The translations under genes and the position numbers were made by a program. A model generated the notes under the pieces. That model was not told where the DNA came from. It searched no databases and was given only the letters and a program-made list of their open reading frames with translations. This document shows, one piece after another, positions 38,206 through 48,601 of a stretch of 64,000 nucleotides of DNA. How positions within the stretch are numbered: the stretch's first letter is position 1; each line of letters opens with the position of its first letter. The stretch spans positions 19,558 through 83,557 of the forward strand of contig CAZBBB010000001.1 of NCBI GenBank assembly GCA_964490005.1, written 5' to 3'. This DNA is from an uncultured Phycisphaerales bacterium (GTDB lineage Bacteria > Planctomycetota > B15-G4).

Positions 38206-39141
38206 CTAGGCGAGCGGTCGCTGCCGTCGCAACTGCGCGAGCAGGACCGACAGGTCCTCGGGCAGGGGCGCCGTGACGCGCAGCGGCCCGCGCTTGAACT
38301 CGACGGCGTGCAGCGCCGGGCGCTGCAGGAGCGGACGCTCCGGGCGGCCGCGCTTGGGGCGGTAGTCGAGCTTGATCTGGCTCAGCAGCAGCCGGTCGTC
38401 CTCGCCGTACAGCTTGTCGCACAGGGCCGGGACGCCGAGCGCGCCGAGGTGCGCGCGCACCTGGTGGCTGCGCCCGCCCTCCTCGCACCACAGCCGCAGG
38501 ACGAGAAACCCGCGCAGGGCCTCCTGCAGGCGCCAGCAGGTGGCGGCCGGTTCGCCGTGATCGGGATCGGGCACCAGGCGCGCGTCGCTCTTGCGCGCCT
38601 TGCCGAGCGGGACGTCGATGCGTCCTTCGCTCCCGTCGAGGGCGCCGCGCACGATGGCGAGGTACTCCACGCGCGCCCGGCCGACGCGGAAGTCGCCCTC
38701 GAGGGCCTCGCCGGCCTCCTTGCCCCGCGCGGCCACGACGAGCCCCGAGGTGTCCTTGTCGAGCCGGTGGGGCGCGCGCAGGCCGGTGCGCCCCTCTCCG
38801 AGCGTGCCCAGCGCCGAGGCGCCGGGCCGGCGCCCTTCGGCGAAGGGCAGCCCGCTGGGCTTGTCGGCGACGAGCAACTCGTCGTCCTCGTGCAGGATCG
38901 TCACGGGGCGCCGCCGGCGACTCTCGAGCTGATCGACGGGCCGCGTGAGCTGCACCTGGTCGCCCAGGCGCAGCGTCGCGCCCGAGCGCTGCGCCACGCC
39001 GTTGAGCAGCACGTGCCCCTCGCGCAGCGCGCTCATCAGCAGCCGGTGGTCGAAGGGGCCGGCGCAGGCCTCCAGGAAATCGAGCAGCGAGAGGCCCTTG
39101 TGCTCGCGTCCGACCTCGTAGACCTGTTCGTTGTCGTCCAT
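38206..39141 (-). CDS. RluA-family (RluD-like) pseudouridine synthase with an S4-like domain
   Basis: [20 protein letters not shown] (catalytic Asp), [15 protein letters not shown] and ALHA. Confidence 0.9.
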   Translation of the reverse strand: MDDNEQVYEVGREHKGLSLLDFLEACAGPFDHRLLMSALREGHVLLNGVAQRSGATLRLGDQVQLTRPVDQLESRRRRPVTILHEDDELLVADKPSGLPFAEGRRPGASALGTLGEGRTGLRAPHRLDKDTSGLVVAARGKEAGEALEGDFRVGRARVEYLAIVRGALDGSEGRIDVPLGKARKSDARLVPDPDHGEPAATCWRLQEALRGFLVLRLWCEEGGRSHQVRAHLGALGVPALCDKLYGEDDRLLLSQIKLDYRPKRGRPERPLLQRPALHAVEFKRGPLRVTAPLPEDLSVLLAQLRRQRPLA

Positions 39142-39197
39142 GACTCGGCCGCGCCGCCGAGTCTACCCGGGTGCCGTCGCGCGCCTCCAGCGCGCGC

Positions 39198-40985
39198 TCA
39201 GAGCACGTCGAAGCGCACGAGGTTGCTCGCGCGCAGCGCGTCGGTCCGGACGAGCGCCTGCAGGTACAGGCGCAGACCGGAGAGCGCCGGATCGGCCGGC
39301 ACCGTCCCGGCGAAGGACACGTTGCCCGCGCCGTCGAGTCCGAGCGGCAGCAGCAGACTCGGCGCGACGAGCAGCGGCTGGCCGGAGGGCAGCGGCAGCT
39401 GGGTCGTCGCCGTCGAGAGCACCAGCCAGGCCACGGACGCGCCCGTCGGGCCGTCGAAGCTGAGCGTCACGGCGCCGCCCGGCGGGGCCGGGTCGGGCAG
39501 CAGGTCCAGCGCGGCACCCCAGGCGACCGGCACCAGCGTCACGTCGATCGCGCCCCAGGCGGGCAGGTCGTGCAGCAGCGCCCCGTCGAAGGGGGCGCTG
39601 TCCTGTCCCGGCGAGAGGCCGCCGCCGGGACCGGTCACGAGGTAGCCGGAGGTCGAGGCCCAGCGCAGCCGCGAGGTCTGGCCGTCGGCCGTGTTCGCGA
39701 TCCAGCGCGGGGGCAGCGGCAGTTCGGCGGACGCGCCCGCGATCGTGAGCTGCTCGACGTTCGTCAGGTCGAGCACGCGTCCCAGGCCGGCGTCGCGCTC
39801 GCCCGCCACCCACGAGAACTGGCCGAAGCCGCGCTGGCGGACCGCCGTCCACGACACGACCGAGTCGCGGTCGACGAGCGCGCGGAAGTTCGCCGGGCGG
39901 CGCTGCGCCGTCACGCCCGCGAGGAAGGCGAACAGCTCGGCCTCGTCGAGCACCGCCCAACTGTGCGTGGCCGGCGCGCCCGTCTGCGGGTGCACGGTAC
40001 CCGTCACGGGGCGCTGCACGAGGAGTCCGCCCGCGCCGAGCAGCTGCGAGGCGAGCACGCCGCTCTGCGCGGGCAGATAGGTGATCGAGTCGCCGAGATC
40101 CCACGTGAGGTACGTGGGCGTGGCGTGCAGGTTGACCGCCATCGACGACGCGCCCGCGAGCGCGCCGGGCGTCGGCGGGTAGCTGAAGGGGTCGAAGTGC
40201 AGCGTGCTGCTGCGCTGGTAGTTCCACGGCGCGAACACGGGCGCCGCGCCGAAGTTCCACGGGTTGTGCATCCACGGCTGCACGGCGGGTTCGAGCAGCC
40301 AGGTCTGCATCCAGTCGAAAGAGCCGGCGACGAGGCCCAGCCCGGCGATCATCAGGCCGTCCGGGTCGCGGTGGCGCGCCGCGAAATTGGCGACGGCGCC
40401 CGCGCCCATCGAGAAGCCGACCATGTGGATGCGGTCGGGATCGATGGGGAAGCGCGCCCTCATCCAGGCGATCGCGGCCTCGACGTTGGTCTGCGTGGGC
40501 GGCGTGCCGAACAGCTTGTCGTCGATGCCGGTGACCGAGAGGTAGGCCCAGCCGTGGGCGGCGCAGAACTCGTCGAGCGCGGTCTGCAGCGAGACGCTGT
40601 TCGCGGAGGAGCCGAAGCCGTGCCACGCCACGAGCAGCGGCACGAGCTGCCCCGGCGCGAGCGCACCCGACGGCGCCTGGTACTGGATGTGCTCCGCCAT
40701 GCCGGTGCCCGTGACGCCGGCGGGCAGCACCGTCGACACGGGCGCGACGGGCGAGGAGTGCGCGCTCATGCCGGCGGGGAGGTCGCGCGGCGCCGGCCGC
40801 ACGTCGATGCGGTCGGCGTAGAGCATCGTCGAGCGCGAGGCGTTCGGCGCCAGGGCGGGCAGCGCGCCGGGCAGCAGGCTGGCAGGCTGCGCCGGGAGCT
40901 GCGGCTTCTGCACCTGGCCGTGCGCCCCGGCGGCGAGGCCCGCGAGCAGCAGCGCGATCGTCAGCGGCAGCGGGGCGGAGCGCAT
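39198..40985 (-). CDS. Secreted alpha/beta serine hydrolase (esterase/depolymerase-like) with a C-terminal Ig-like domain, paralog 1
   Basis: Signal peptide; AWHGFG, GFSMG nucleophile elbow, WDLGD and HSWAVLDE. Confidence 0.75.
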   Translation of the reverse strand: MRSAPLPLTIALLLAGLAAGAHGQVQKPQLPAQPASLLPGALPALAPNASRSTMLYADRIDVRPAPRDLPAGMSAHSSPVAPVSTVLPAGVTGTGMAEHIQYQAPSGALAPGQLVPLLVAWHGFGSSANSVSLQTALDEFCAAHGWAYLSVTGIDDKLFGTPPTQTNVEAAIAWMRARFPIDPDRIHMVGFSMGAGAVANFAARHRDPDGLMIAGLGLVAGSFDWMQTWLLEPAVQPWMHNPWNFGAAPVFAPWNYQRSSTLHFDPFSYPPTPGALAGASSMAVNLHATPTYLTWDLGDSITYLPAQSGVLASQLLGAGGLLVQRPVTGTVHPQTGAPATHSWAVLDEAELFAFLAGVTAQRRPANFRALVDRDSVVSWTAVRQRGFGQFSWVAGERDAGLGRVLDLTNVEQLTIAGASAELPLPPRWIANTADGQTSRLRWASTSGYLVTGPGGGLSPGQDSAPFDGALLHDLPAWGAIDVTLVPVAWGAALDLLPDPAPPGGAVTLSFDGPTGASVAWLVLSTATTQLPLPSGQPLLVAPSLLLPLGLDGAGNVSFAGTVPADPALSGLRLYLQALVRTDALRASNLVRFDVL

Positions 40986-41036
40986 CGCCGATCCATCGGC
41001 GCGCGGCCCGCTGCGCCTTGAGGGCCGGGCCGCCGC

Positions 41037-42203
41037 TCAGCCGTCGCCGGGTGCGTCGGTCAGGCGCGCGATGGCGTCCTGCAGTCCGAGCCCGTCCTCG
41101 GGGTGGAGCGCGAGCACCGCGCGGTAGAGCTCGAGGGCCTCGGCGCGTTCGCCGGCCGTGCCGTCCTTCTCCAGCAGCCGCGCGAGCTCGAAACGCGCGC
41201 GGGCCGTGTCCTGCGTCGAGCGCGCCTGCGCGACGGCGAGACGCAACTCCTCGAGCGCCTCGCGGCGCTTTCCGACGCGCGCCAGCGCGACGCCGAGATT
41301 GATGCGCGCCGGCACGAAGTCGGTCTCGACCTGCGTCGCGCGGCGAAAGTACTCGATGGCCTCCTCGAAGCGCCGCTGCTCGGCGCGCACGAAGCCAAGG
41401 TTGTACAGGGCGCGGCCGTGCTCGGGCCGACGCTCGAGCACGTGCGCGAGCGCGCCCTCGGCGTGCGCGAGCAGGCGCGGATCGCCGCCCCGATGGCTGT
41501 AGAGGTCGAGGAAGGCGCGCGCCGCGCCGTCGGCGGCGTCGACGTCCTCGGGATCGGCCGCCAGCCGCGCCCGGAAGCTGGAGAGATAGGCGTGGGCCTG
41601 CTGCAGCTCCTGGCCCAGCTCGCGCTGCGCACGCGCCTCGGCGGCGCCCGCCGCCCCGCGGGCCGCGGCGACCTGCGCGAGGCCGAAGTGCGCCTCGGCC
41701 GCCTGCGCGCCGTAGGGGTCGACGGTGAGGTAGTCGCGAAAGGCCCGCTGCGCCGTCGCGTCCTCGTTGCGCAGCAGCGCCAGCCGCCCGCTCGCGAGCA
41801 GCAGGGCCGGGTCGTCGGGGACGAGCGCGCGCGCACGCTCGAACTGCGCCGCGGCCTCGTCCAGCGCGCCGGTGTCGAGCAGCATCAGGCCGAGACGCAG
41901 GCGCGCGTTGCCGTTGCCCGGGTGGGCCGCGATCTCGGCGCGCCACGCGGCCAGGGCCTCCTCCGTGCGGCCGAGATCCTGCAGCGCCAGCGCGCGGTAG
42001 TGCAGGGCGCCCTCGGGCAGCGCGCCCCGCCGCTCGGCCTGCGCCAGGCTGTCGAGCGCCGCCTGCGCATCGCCGGCCGCCAGCGCCGCGGCCAGTTCCG
42101 GCAGGCCGGCGAGGGCCGACTGGGGGTCGAAGGGGCGGGCGTCGGGTCCGCAGGCCGCGGCGACGCCGAGCAGCAGCACGAGAGCGCCGGAGCGTGGGCT
42201 CAT
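41037..42203 (-). CDS. Tetratricopeptide-repeat lipoprotein
   Basis: ATG 42203 (ATGA overlap); lipobox VAAA-C; TPR helices (ALYNLG, ARINLG). Confidence 0.8.
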   Translation of the reverse strand: MSPRSGALVLLLGVAAACGPDARPFDPQSALAGLPELAAALAAGDAQAALDSLAQAERRGALPEGALHYRALALQDLGRTEEALAAWRAEIAAHPGNGNARLRLGLMLLDTGALDEAAAQFERARALVPDDPALLLASGRLALLRNEDATAQRAFRDYLTVDPYGAQAAEAHFGLAQVAAARGAAGAAEARAQRELGQELQQAHAYLSSFRARLAADPEDVDAADGAARAFLDLYSHRGGDPRLLAHAEGALAHVLERRPEHGRALYNLGFVRAEQRRFEEAIEYFRRATQVETDFVPARINLGVALARVGKRREALEELRLAVAQARSTQDTARARFELARLLEKDGTAGERAEALELYRAVLALHPEDGLGLQDAIARLTDAPGDG

Positions 42204-43915
42204 GGAGTGCGGACCGGACCGAGGGGGACGCGGCGGACGATGCCCTGCCCGCGGCGGATCGTGAGGTGCCAGCCGCCCATCATCGCCGCCGCGTCGAGGA
42301 CTTCCAGTTCGCCGCCGGGCCAGCGCACCGTCGCCGCCGTCACCGGACGCGGCAGCGCGAGGTGCAGGCGCGGGTCGGAGCGGCTCTGGAAGCCGCCGCC
42401 CGAGAGCACGGGCAGCGTCGACGTGCCCTCGGCATCCGACACGCTCAGCGTGGCGCCGATCACCGGGCGTACGTCCTGCAGCGTGACCAGCAGCGCGCGC
42501 GCCGGGTCGTCGGCGCGGTTGAGGTACAGCCGCGGCGCGCCGTCGAGCGTCAAGGTGATCAGGTCCAGATCCCCGTCGTCGTCGAGGTCGCCGCGCAGCG
42601 ACGTGCGCCCGCGAAGCGGCGTGGGGTCGGGGAACGGGACTTCCTCGAAGCGCGCACCCGGCTGGCCGAGGAACAACTGCTGGCGCTGCGCGTAGCTCGA
42701 GCCCGTGTCGGGCAGGTCGGCCTGCGGGTAGACGTGGCCGTTGGCGACGTACAGATCGAGCAGGCCGTCGAGATCGAAGTCGGCCAGGTGCACGCCCCAA
42801 CCCAGCATCGGTCGGCTGGCCGCCGCGAGACCGGCGGCCGTCGCGACGTCGCGGAACAGCAGCCCGCCGTCGTTGCGGTACAGCGCGTTGCTCTCGTCGG
42901 AGAAGTTCGTGACGACGAGGTCGAGGTCGCCGTCCCGGTCGACGTCGCCGGCGTCGACGCCCATCCCGGCCTGCGCGCGGCCCGCGAGATCGACCGAGGC
43001 GCCGGACGGCCCGCTCAGGTCCTGAAACACGCCGTCGCCGCGATTGCGGAAGAGGAAGTTGGGCACGGAGTCGTTCGCGACGTACAGGTCGACGTGTCCG
43101 TCTCCGTCGAGGTCGGAGAAGAGCAGGCCGAGGCCGAAGGACGGGGGCGCGTCGGCGAGGCCGGCGCGTCGCGTCGCCGGCACGAACCACGGCGCCTCGC
43201 CGAGGCCGGCGAGGTACACGTCGGGTTGCGGCGGCAGCCCGTGCGGGCCGCACATCACGGGGTGCCCCTTGAAGCGGCAGGGCAGCGCGCCTACCCGATC
43301 GAGCGGCGGATCGGCCGGGTCGATGCTCAGGTAGCGCACGAGATAGGCGTCGAGCCGGCCGTCGCCGTCGGCGTCCGCGAGGCCCACGCTGGTCGTCCAG
43401 TCGAGCGCCGAGTCGCGGCCCGGCACGGCGTGCTTCTCGAACACGGGCCGGTCGAGGCCGTCGCGCCGCGCGAGGAACAGCGCGTCCTCGACGAGGCCGC
43501 CGACGAGCAGGTCGTCGCGGCCGTCGCCGTCGACGTCGCCGACGGCGATGCCGGTGGGCCAACCCGCCTGCCGCAGCCCGGTCGGGTACGCCGCGCGCGC
43601 GAAACGCGGCACGCCGTCGACCACGCCTTCGTGGATCATCAGCAGGTGCTCGACCTCGGCGCCGGCGAGCAGCGCGGCGCGCGTCGAGCCCTGCACGAGC
43701 AGCAGGTCGAGGTCGCCGTCGTCATCGACGTCCAGCAGGGCCGCGCCGTTGCCGTTCACGGTGAGGATCGTGTCCTTCAGGCCCGGCTCGCCGCAGGTGA
43801 GCACGAGGTCGGCCAGCCCCGCGGCGGCACTGCGCTCCTCGAACAGCGGGACGGTCGGCTCAGCGCATGCGGCCAGCGTGACGGCGAGCAGCGCGGCCAG
43901 GCGAAGGACATCCAT
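42200..43915 (-). CDS. CRTAC1-family lipoprotein (FG-GAP repeats plus ASPIC/UnbV domain)
   Basis: ATG 43915; lipobox TLAA-C; repeated DxDxDGxxD motifs, LYVAND, LFRNRGDG, GMGVDAGD, and C-terminal SGGGFQSRSDPRLHL. Confidence 0.9.
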   Translation of the reverse strand: MDVLRLAALLAVTLAACAEPTVPLFEERSAAAGLADLVLTCGEPGLKDTILTVNGNGAALLDVDDDGDLDLLLVQGSTRAALLAGAEVEHLLMIHEGVVDGVPRFARAAYPTGLRQAGWPTGIAVGDVDGDGRDDLLVGGLVEDALFLARRDGLDRPVFEKHAVPGRDSALDWTTSVGLADADGDGRLDAYLVRYLSIDPADPPLDRVGALPCRFKGHPVMCGPHGLPPQPDVYLAGLGEAPWFVPATRRAGLADAPPSFGLGLLFSDLDGDGHVDLYVANDSVPNFLFRNRGDGVFQDLSGPSGASVDLAGRAQAGMGVDAGDVDRDGDLDLVVTNFSDESNALYRNDGGLLFRDVATAAGLAAASRPMLGWGVHLADFDLDGLLDLYVANGHVYPQADLPDTGSSYAQRQQLFLGQPGARFEEVPFPDPTPLRGRTSLRGDLDDDGDLDLITLTLDGAPRLYLNRADDPARALLVTLQDVRPVIGATLSVSDAEGTSTLPVLSGGGFQSRSDPRLHLALPRPVTAATVRWPGGELEVLDAAAMMGGWHLTIRRGQGIVRRVPLGPVRTP

Positions 43916-43963
43916 GCCGGCCGAAGATACGGAGCGGCGCCGCCGGCGGTCCATCGCCGTCGG

Positions 43964-45835
43964 TCAGTCGATCTCCATCACCCACATGTTGCTGACGGAG
44001 ACGACGTCGTTGGCCCCGTCGACGACCAGGCCCTGCAGCCGCAGCGTCAGGCCCTGGTAGGACGGCTCGTTCGGCATCAGGAAGCTGAGCGAGAAGTCGC
44101 CGTCGACGTCGAGCGGCAGGGGGATCAGGAAGGCCGGCGGCACGGCCTTGACCGTGATCACCGCGCCGCCCTTCACCGTGGCGAGCTGTTCGTCGGTGCC
44201 GACGAGCAGCCAGATCGTGCTTCCGCCCGCGGGGGCGTCGATGTCGAGATCCATCACGGTGCCGATCGGCACCGGGTTGGGCGAGGTCGTGACGTCGGTC
44301 GTCCACAGCGGGTCGAGGATCAGGTCGGCGTCGAGGCCGCCGCTGACGGGCACCTCGACGATCAGATGGTCGACCTCGGGGTCGCTCGTCGCGCCGGTGA
44401 CGAGCTGGCCGCTGTTGGCGTCGAGCAGATAGGCCGGCGGGACGTCGAAGCCGCCCAGCACCAGATTGAACGCGGCGCTCAGCGGGGCCGGTGCCGCCGC
44501 GACCGCGACCGGGTCGCCGCCCGCGATGCCGATCGCCGCGCCGTCGATCTCGACCGAGCGCGCGTTGTGCACGTCGAACACGTCGACCTCGCGCCCGGCG
44601 GCCTCGGCGAAGCCCTCCACGTAGGTGAAGGCGTTCGTCGTGGTCTGCACCACGGAGGCCCACGAGACGTCGGCCGAGAGGTCGAGCTGCGCCTCGAAGG
44701 TCGCGGGCGTGCGCACGACGCTCAGGCCGTCGAAGAAGTCGAAGGCGTCGGCCTCGTCGAGCACGGCCCAGCTGTGCGGCGCCGGGAGCAGCGTGATCGG
44801 GTCGACCGTGCCGCTCACGGTGTGCCAGTCGAGCGTGCCGCCGAGCGCCGCGAGCGCGTCGCGCAGGATCGGATTGAGCGTCGACGACTCGACGACCGGG
44901 TCGCCCGTGTCCCAGACCATGTAGGTCGGCACGCTGCCCAGATTGGTGGCCATCGACAGCGCCGTCGAGAGCGCGCCGGGCAGCGGGGGATAGCTGCCGA
45001 TCGCGTGGTGCAGCGCGCTGGCCTGCTGGTAGCGGAAGGGCTGCGCCGACGGCGCGCCGCCGAAGTTGAAGGGGTGCTCCATGAGCGTCTTCACGCCCGA
45101 GGTCGTGACGCTGTAGGTCATCGCCCAGTCGCACGAGGTGCTGACGAGCGCGAGGCCGGCGATCATCAGGCCGTCGGGATCACGGTGCCGCGAAGCGAAG
45201 TTGGACACCACGCCGCCGCCCATCGAGAAGCCGATCATGTACAGACGGTCGGGATCGACGTTGAAGTTGTTCAGCATCCACTGGATGGCGGCCGCGACGT
45301 TCTGCTGGCTGACCGGCGTGCCGAACAGCTTGTCGTCGAGGCCCGTCGGCGCCATGTAGACCCAGCCGCGCGCGTTGCACTCCTCGTCGATGGTCGACTG
45401 CACGCCGACCGAGTTGGCCGAGGCGCCGTAGCCGTGATACGCGATGACCATCGGATGCGGCGGCCCGCCCGCGCTGTAGGAGTTGCCGAGCTGGTACTTG
45501 AAGGACTCGCCGATCGTCGTGCCGGTGCCGGTCGGTCCGGCGGGGATCCAGCCGGTGAACATGGTCGGCGGCGCGCCGTCCTGCGACTCCCAGACCTCCT
45601 GGTTCACCGGGAAGCGGTCGGCGAACTCGAGCACGTGGCGCGGGCTGTCGGCGAAGACGGGCGGCAGCGGCGCCATGCCGAGATCGCCCGTGAGCCGCAG
45701 GCGCGCGAGCTGCTCGGCGTGATCGGCCGCGTCGAGGCGCTCCTGGGGCGCGGCGGGCGACGCGGCGAGCTGCGCCGGCGCGGCCATGGCCAGCGCGGCG
45801 AGCGTGACGGCGACGAGAGGGAGTTTCGGCTTCAT
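43964..45835 (-). CDS. Secreted alpha/beta serine hydrolase with a C-terminal Ig-like domain, paralog 2
   Basis: ATG 45835 MKPKLPLVAVTLAALAMA signal; AYHGYG, GFSMG, WDTGD and HSWAVLDE; strongly similar to 39198..40985. Confidence 0.75.
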   Translation of the reverse strand: MKPKLPLVAVTLAALAMAAPAQLAASPAAPQERLDAADHAEQLARLRLTGDLGMAPLPPVFADSPRHVLEFADRFPVNQEVWESQDGAPPTMFTGWIPAGPTGTGTTIGESFKYQLGNSYSAGGPPHPMVIAYHGYGASANSVGVQSTIDEECNARGWVYMAPTGLDDKLFGTPVSQQNVAAAIQWMLNNFNVDPDRLYMIGFSMGGGVVSNFASRHRDPDGLMIAGLALVSTSCDWAMTYSVTTSGVKTLMEHPFNFGGAPSAQPFRYQQASALHHAIGSYPPLPGALSTALSMATNLGSVPTYMVWDTGDPVVESSTLNPILRDALAALGGTLDWHTVSGTVDPITLLPAPHSWAVLDEADAFDFFDGLSVVRTPATFEAQLDLSADVSWASVVQTTTNAFTYVEGFAEAAGREVDVFDVHNARSVEIDGAAIGIAGGDPVAVAAAPAPLSAAFNLVLGGFDVPPAYLLDANSGQLVTGATSDPEVDHLIVEVPVSGGLDADLILDPLWTTDVTTSPNPVPIGTVMDLDIDAPAGGSTIWLLVGTDEQLATVKGGAVITVKAVPPAFLIPLPLDVDGDFSLSFLMPNEPSYQGLTLRLQGLVVDGANDVVSVSNMWVMEID

Positions 45836-45988
45836 GCAACGGCCGGCGGGAGAGTCCGTGCATCGGCGGGTCGCAGCGGTACGGCGCGTCGGGGAGCGCT
45901 GCGGCTCGACGGCGGGTGCCAGTCTAGCCGCGCTCCGCCATTTCGGCAAAGCGCCCCGGCGGGCCTCGGAACGTACAGTAGCCCGCCC

Positions 45989-47005
45989 ATGTTCGACCTC
46001 CGCAGCGACACCGTGACCCGCCCGACGCCCGCCATGCGCCAGGCCATGGCCGAGGCGCGCGTGGGAGACGACGTCTTCGGCGACGATCCCACGGTGAACG
46101 CGCTGCAGGATCGCGCCGCCGCGCTGTTCGGGAAGGAGGCGGCGCTGTTCGTGCCCTCCGGGACGATGGGCAACCAGGTGTGCCTGGGCGCGCTGACGCG
46201 GCCGGGCGACGAGATCATCGCCGAAGCCGAGGCGCACATCCTGATCAACGAGGTGGGGTCGGCGGCGCGGTTGTGGGGCTGCCAGATCGTGCCGCTGGCC
46301 GGCAGGCGGGGCGTGCTCGACCCCGCGGCGGTGGAGGCCGCCATCCGCGTCGAGGACATCCACCACCCCGTCAGCCGGGTGCTGTCGCTGGAGAACACGC
46401 ACAACTATTCGGGCGGCTCGGTGCTGCCGCTCGCCTCGATCGACGCCTTGTCGTTGCTGGCGCGACAGCGGGGCCTGGCGCTGCACATGGACGGCGCGCG
46501 CCTGTTCAACGCCCAGGTCGCCAGCGGCATCCCGGTCGCGCGCATCACGCGCGACGTCGATCTCGTCTCGGTCTGCCTCTCGAAGGGGCTCGGCGCGCCC
46601 GTGGGTTCGCTCGTTCTGGGGAGCCGTCCGCTCGTCGATCGCTGTCGTCGGCTGCGCAAGGCGCTCGGCGGCGGCATGCGCCAGGCCGGCGTGCTCGCCG
46701 CCGCGGCCCTGATCGCGCTCGAGACGGGGCCGGCCGCGCTGGCCGCCGACCACGCGCGGGCCCGGGCCTTGGCCCTCGAACTGTCGCGGCTGCCGGGCGT
46801 CGAGATCGACCCCGCGCAGGTCGAGACCAACCTCGTCTTCGTCACGACGCGGCGCGACGCCAACGCGCTGGCGGACGAGCTGGCGCGGCGCGGCGTGCGG
46901 GCGATCGCGCTCTCGACCACGCGCCTGCGTTTCGTGTTCCACCGCGACGTCGGTGACGACGCGCTGACTGCGGCCGTCGAGGCCTGCCGCGCCGTGCTGC
47001 GCTGA
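45989..47005 (+). CDS. ltaE: Low-specificity L-threonine aldolase
   Basis: ATG 45989 MFDLRSDTVT; GDDVFGDDPTV, PSGTMGNQ, LENTHN, HMDGARLFNA, CLSKGLGAPVGS (PLP Lys) and GGGMRQAG. Confidence 0.93.
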   Translation: MFDLRSDTVTRPTPAMRQAMAEARVGDDVFGDDPTVNALQDRAAALFGKEAALFVPSGTMGNQVCLGALTRPGDEIIAEAEAHILINEVGSAARLWGCQIVPLAGRRGVLDPAAVEAAIRVEDIHHPVSRVLSLENTHNYSGGSVLPLASIDALSLLARQRGLALHMDGARLFNAQVASGIPVARITRDVDLVSVCLSKGLGAPVGSLVLGSRPLVDRCRRLRKALGGGMRQAGVLAAAALIALETGPAALAADHARARALALELSRLPGVEIDPAQVETNLVFVTTRRDANALADELARRGVRAIALSTTRLRFVFHRDVGDDALTAAVEACRAVLR

Positions 47006-48601
47006 TCAGCTCGGCGTGCGCGAGGGGTCGATGCGGAGCAGGATGCGTCCGACGAGCCAGACGCAGCCGGCAGTCATGGCGTAGAGCGTCGTCACGCCGA
47101 CGAGCGCGACGGCGCCGAGCGAGCGCGTCGCGAACCACGCCGCCGCGCCGAGCGCCGCGGGCGGCGCGAGCGCGACGAGCAGCACGAGCAGCTTGAGGCC
47201 CATGAGCAGGTACAGGCGCGCGATCGCGCCGAATCCGACCGCGGCCTGGCCCGCTCTCGCGACGCGCACGGGGAAGATCAGGAAGGTGCCGTTCTCGACC
47301 GCCAGCTGCAGCAGGGTGAAGGCCGGCACCGCGGCGAGCGCGCCGATCCAGAGCGCGAGGCGCTCGGGGGCGACGACGAACAGCACCCAGCCCGCGGCCA
47401 CCCACTGCAGCAGCGTGAGGACGATCGTGGCGCCCAGCAGTTGCCCGAGCGCCAGGCGGCCCGCGGGGCAGGGCAGCGAGCGCAGCCAGGGGAGCGCTCC
47501 CCAATCGCTGCGGAAATCGCTCGTCACGTAGATCGGGCCGGCGAAGGAGAGCATCGCCAGGATCGATGCGGCGGCGACCTCCGGCACCACGCGCTCGGCG
47601 TTGACGGCCATCGTGCCGGCCATGACGCCCGTCATCAGGAACAGCATCACGAAGGACTTGCGCGTGCGCGTGAGCGCGAGCAGCTGCCGCCAGGCGTGGG
47701 GCCCGGCGCCGTGCAGGTACGGCAGGCGCGGCAGCGAGCGGTGCCGCTCGCGGGGCGCGCCGTCGGCGAGCGGCGTGTTCGAACCCATGCGCTCGAGCAT
47801 CTGCTGCACCTTGCGGCTGGTCGCGTGCGCCGCCTCGCGCAGGTCGCCGCGGAAGCGCAGGATCGAGGCCAGCAGCAGCGCGTCGAAGGCCAGCACGCCG
47901 CCGAGCGCGGCGAGCAGCGGCCCCGGAGCGCGGGCCGCGCCGACGAGCGCGAAGGGCCGGCCAGGCAGGGCGTAGCCGTCCACGGCGGCGCGCCAGTCGC
48001 CGCCCGAGGACAGCGCGGCCGACCCCGCCAGCCCGCCGAGCAGCGCGACGAGCGCGACGCCCGTGACCAGGCCCAGACGCCGGCGACGCTCGGTCGTCAG
48101 ACCCATGCAGCGCAGATCGACGGCCGTCGCGAGCAGCACGAGCGTGCCGAAGAGCAGGGCGTACATCAGCGCGCCGCGCGTCAGCGACATGCCGCCGCCG
48201 CGCAGGAACAGCGCCAGGAAGCAGGCCCCGCCGAGCGAGCGCAGCAGTTGCGTGCGCACGTGCGAGAAGATCAGCGCGCGCGTGCCGATCGGTGCGGGGA
48301 ACAGGAAGTGCACCTCCTCGGGCGTGAAGTGGATCGAGCCGCTGCGCGCCGCCGACCAGAGCGAGACCGCGATGAAGGTCGTGAGTCCGGCTCCGAGGAA
48401 GCGCGCGCTCTCGTCGGGTGCGGCCGGCGCGGAGAACTGCCGCCAGACCACGAGCGCGAGGAAGCCGAGCGCGGCGAGCATGAGCGCCGCGCGCGCGGGC
48501 CGGCGCAGGTCGGCGCGCAGCCTGCGCCAGCGCGCCCGCCGCTTGAAGCGCGCCAGGCGGACCAGCGCCGGCCACCCGGCCCAGGGCTCGTCGCCGCTCA
48601 C
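47006..48601 (-). CDS. Putative ABC exporter permease
   Basis: GTG 48601 (GTGA overlap with the ATPase); many TM helices; FTPEEVHFLFPAPI and DWGALPWLRSLP motifs. Confidence 0.75.
   Translation of the reverse strand: MSGDEPWAGWPALVRLARFKRRARWRRLRADLRRPARAALMLAALGFLALVVWRQFSAPAAPDESARFLGAGLTTFIAVSLWSAARSGSIHFTPEEVHFLFPAPIGTRALIFSHVRTQLLRSLGGACFLALFLRGGGMSLTRGALMYALLFGTLVLLATAVDLRCMGLTTERRRRLGLVTGVALVALLGGLAGSAALSSGGDWRAAVDGYALPGRPFALVGAARAPGPLLAALGGVLAFDALLLASILRFRGDLREAAHATSRKVQQMLERMGSNTPLADGAPRERHRSLPRLPYLHGAGPHAWRQLLALTRTRKSFVMLFLMTGVMAGTMAVNAERVVPEVAAASILAMLSFAGPIYVTSDFRSDWGALPWLRSLPCPAGRLALGQLLGATIVLTLLQWVAAGWVLFVVAPERLALWIGALAAVPAFTLLQLAVENGTFLIFPVRVARAGQAAVGFGAIARLYLLMGLKLLVLLVALAPPAALGAAAWFATRSLGAVALVGVTTLYAMTAGCVWLVGRILLRIDPSRTPS

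Noticed and set aside
42194-45988. First ~1265 aa of the 1603-aa + strand ORF 42194..47005
   Set aside because: It is antisense to the CRTAC1 and hydrolase genes; only the part from ATG 45989 (ltaE) is a real protein.
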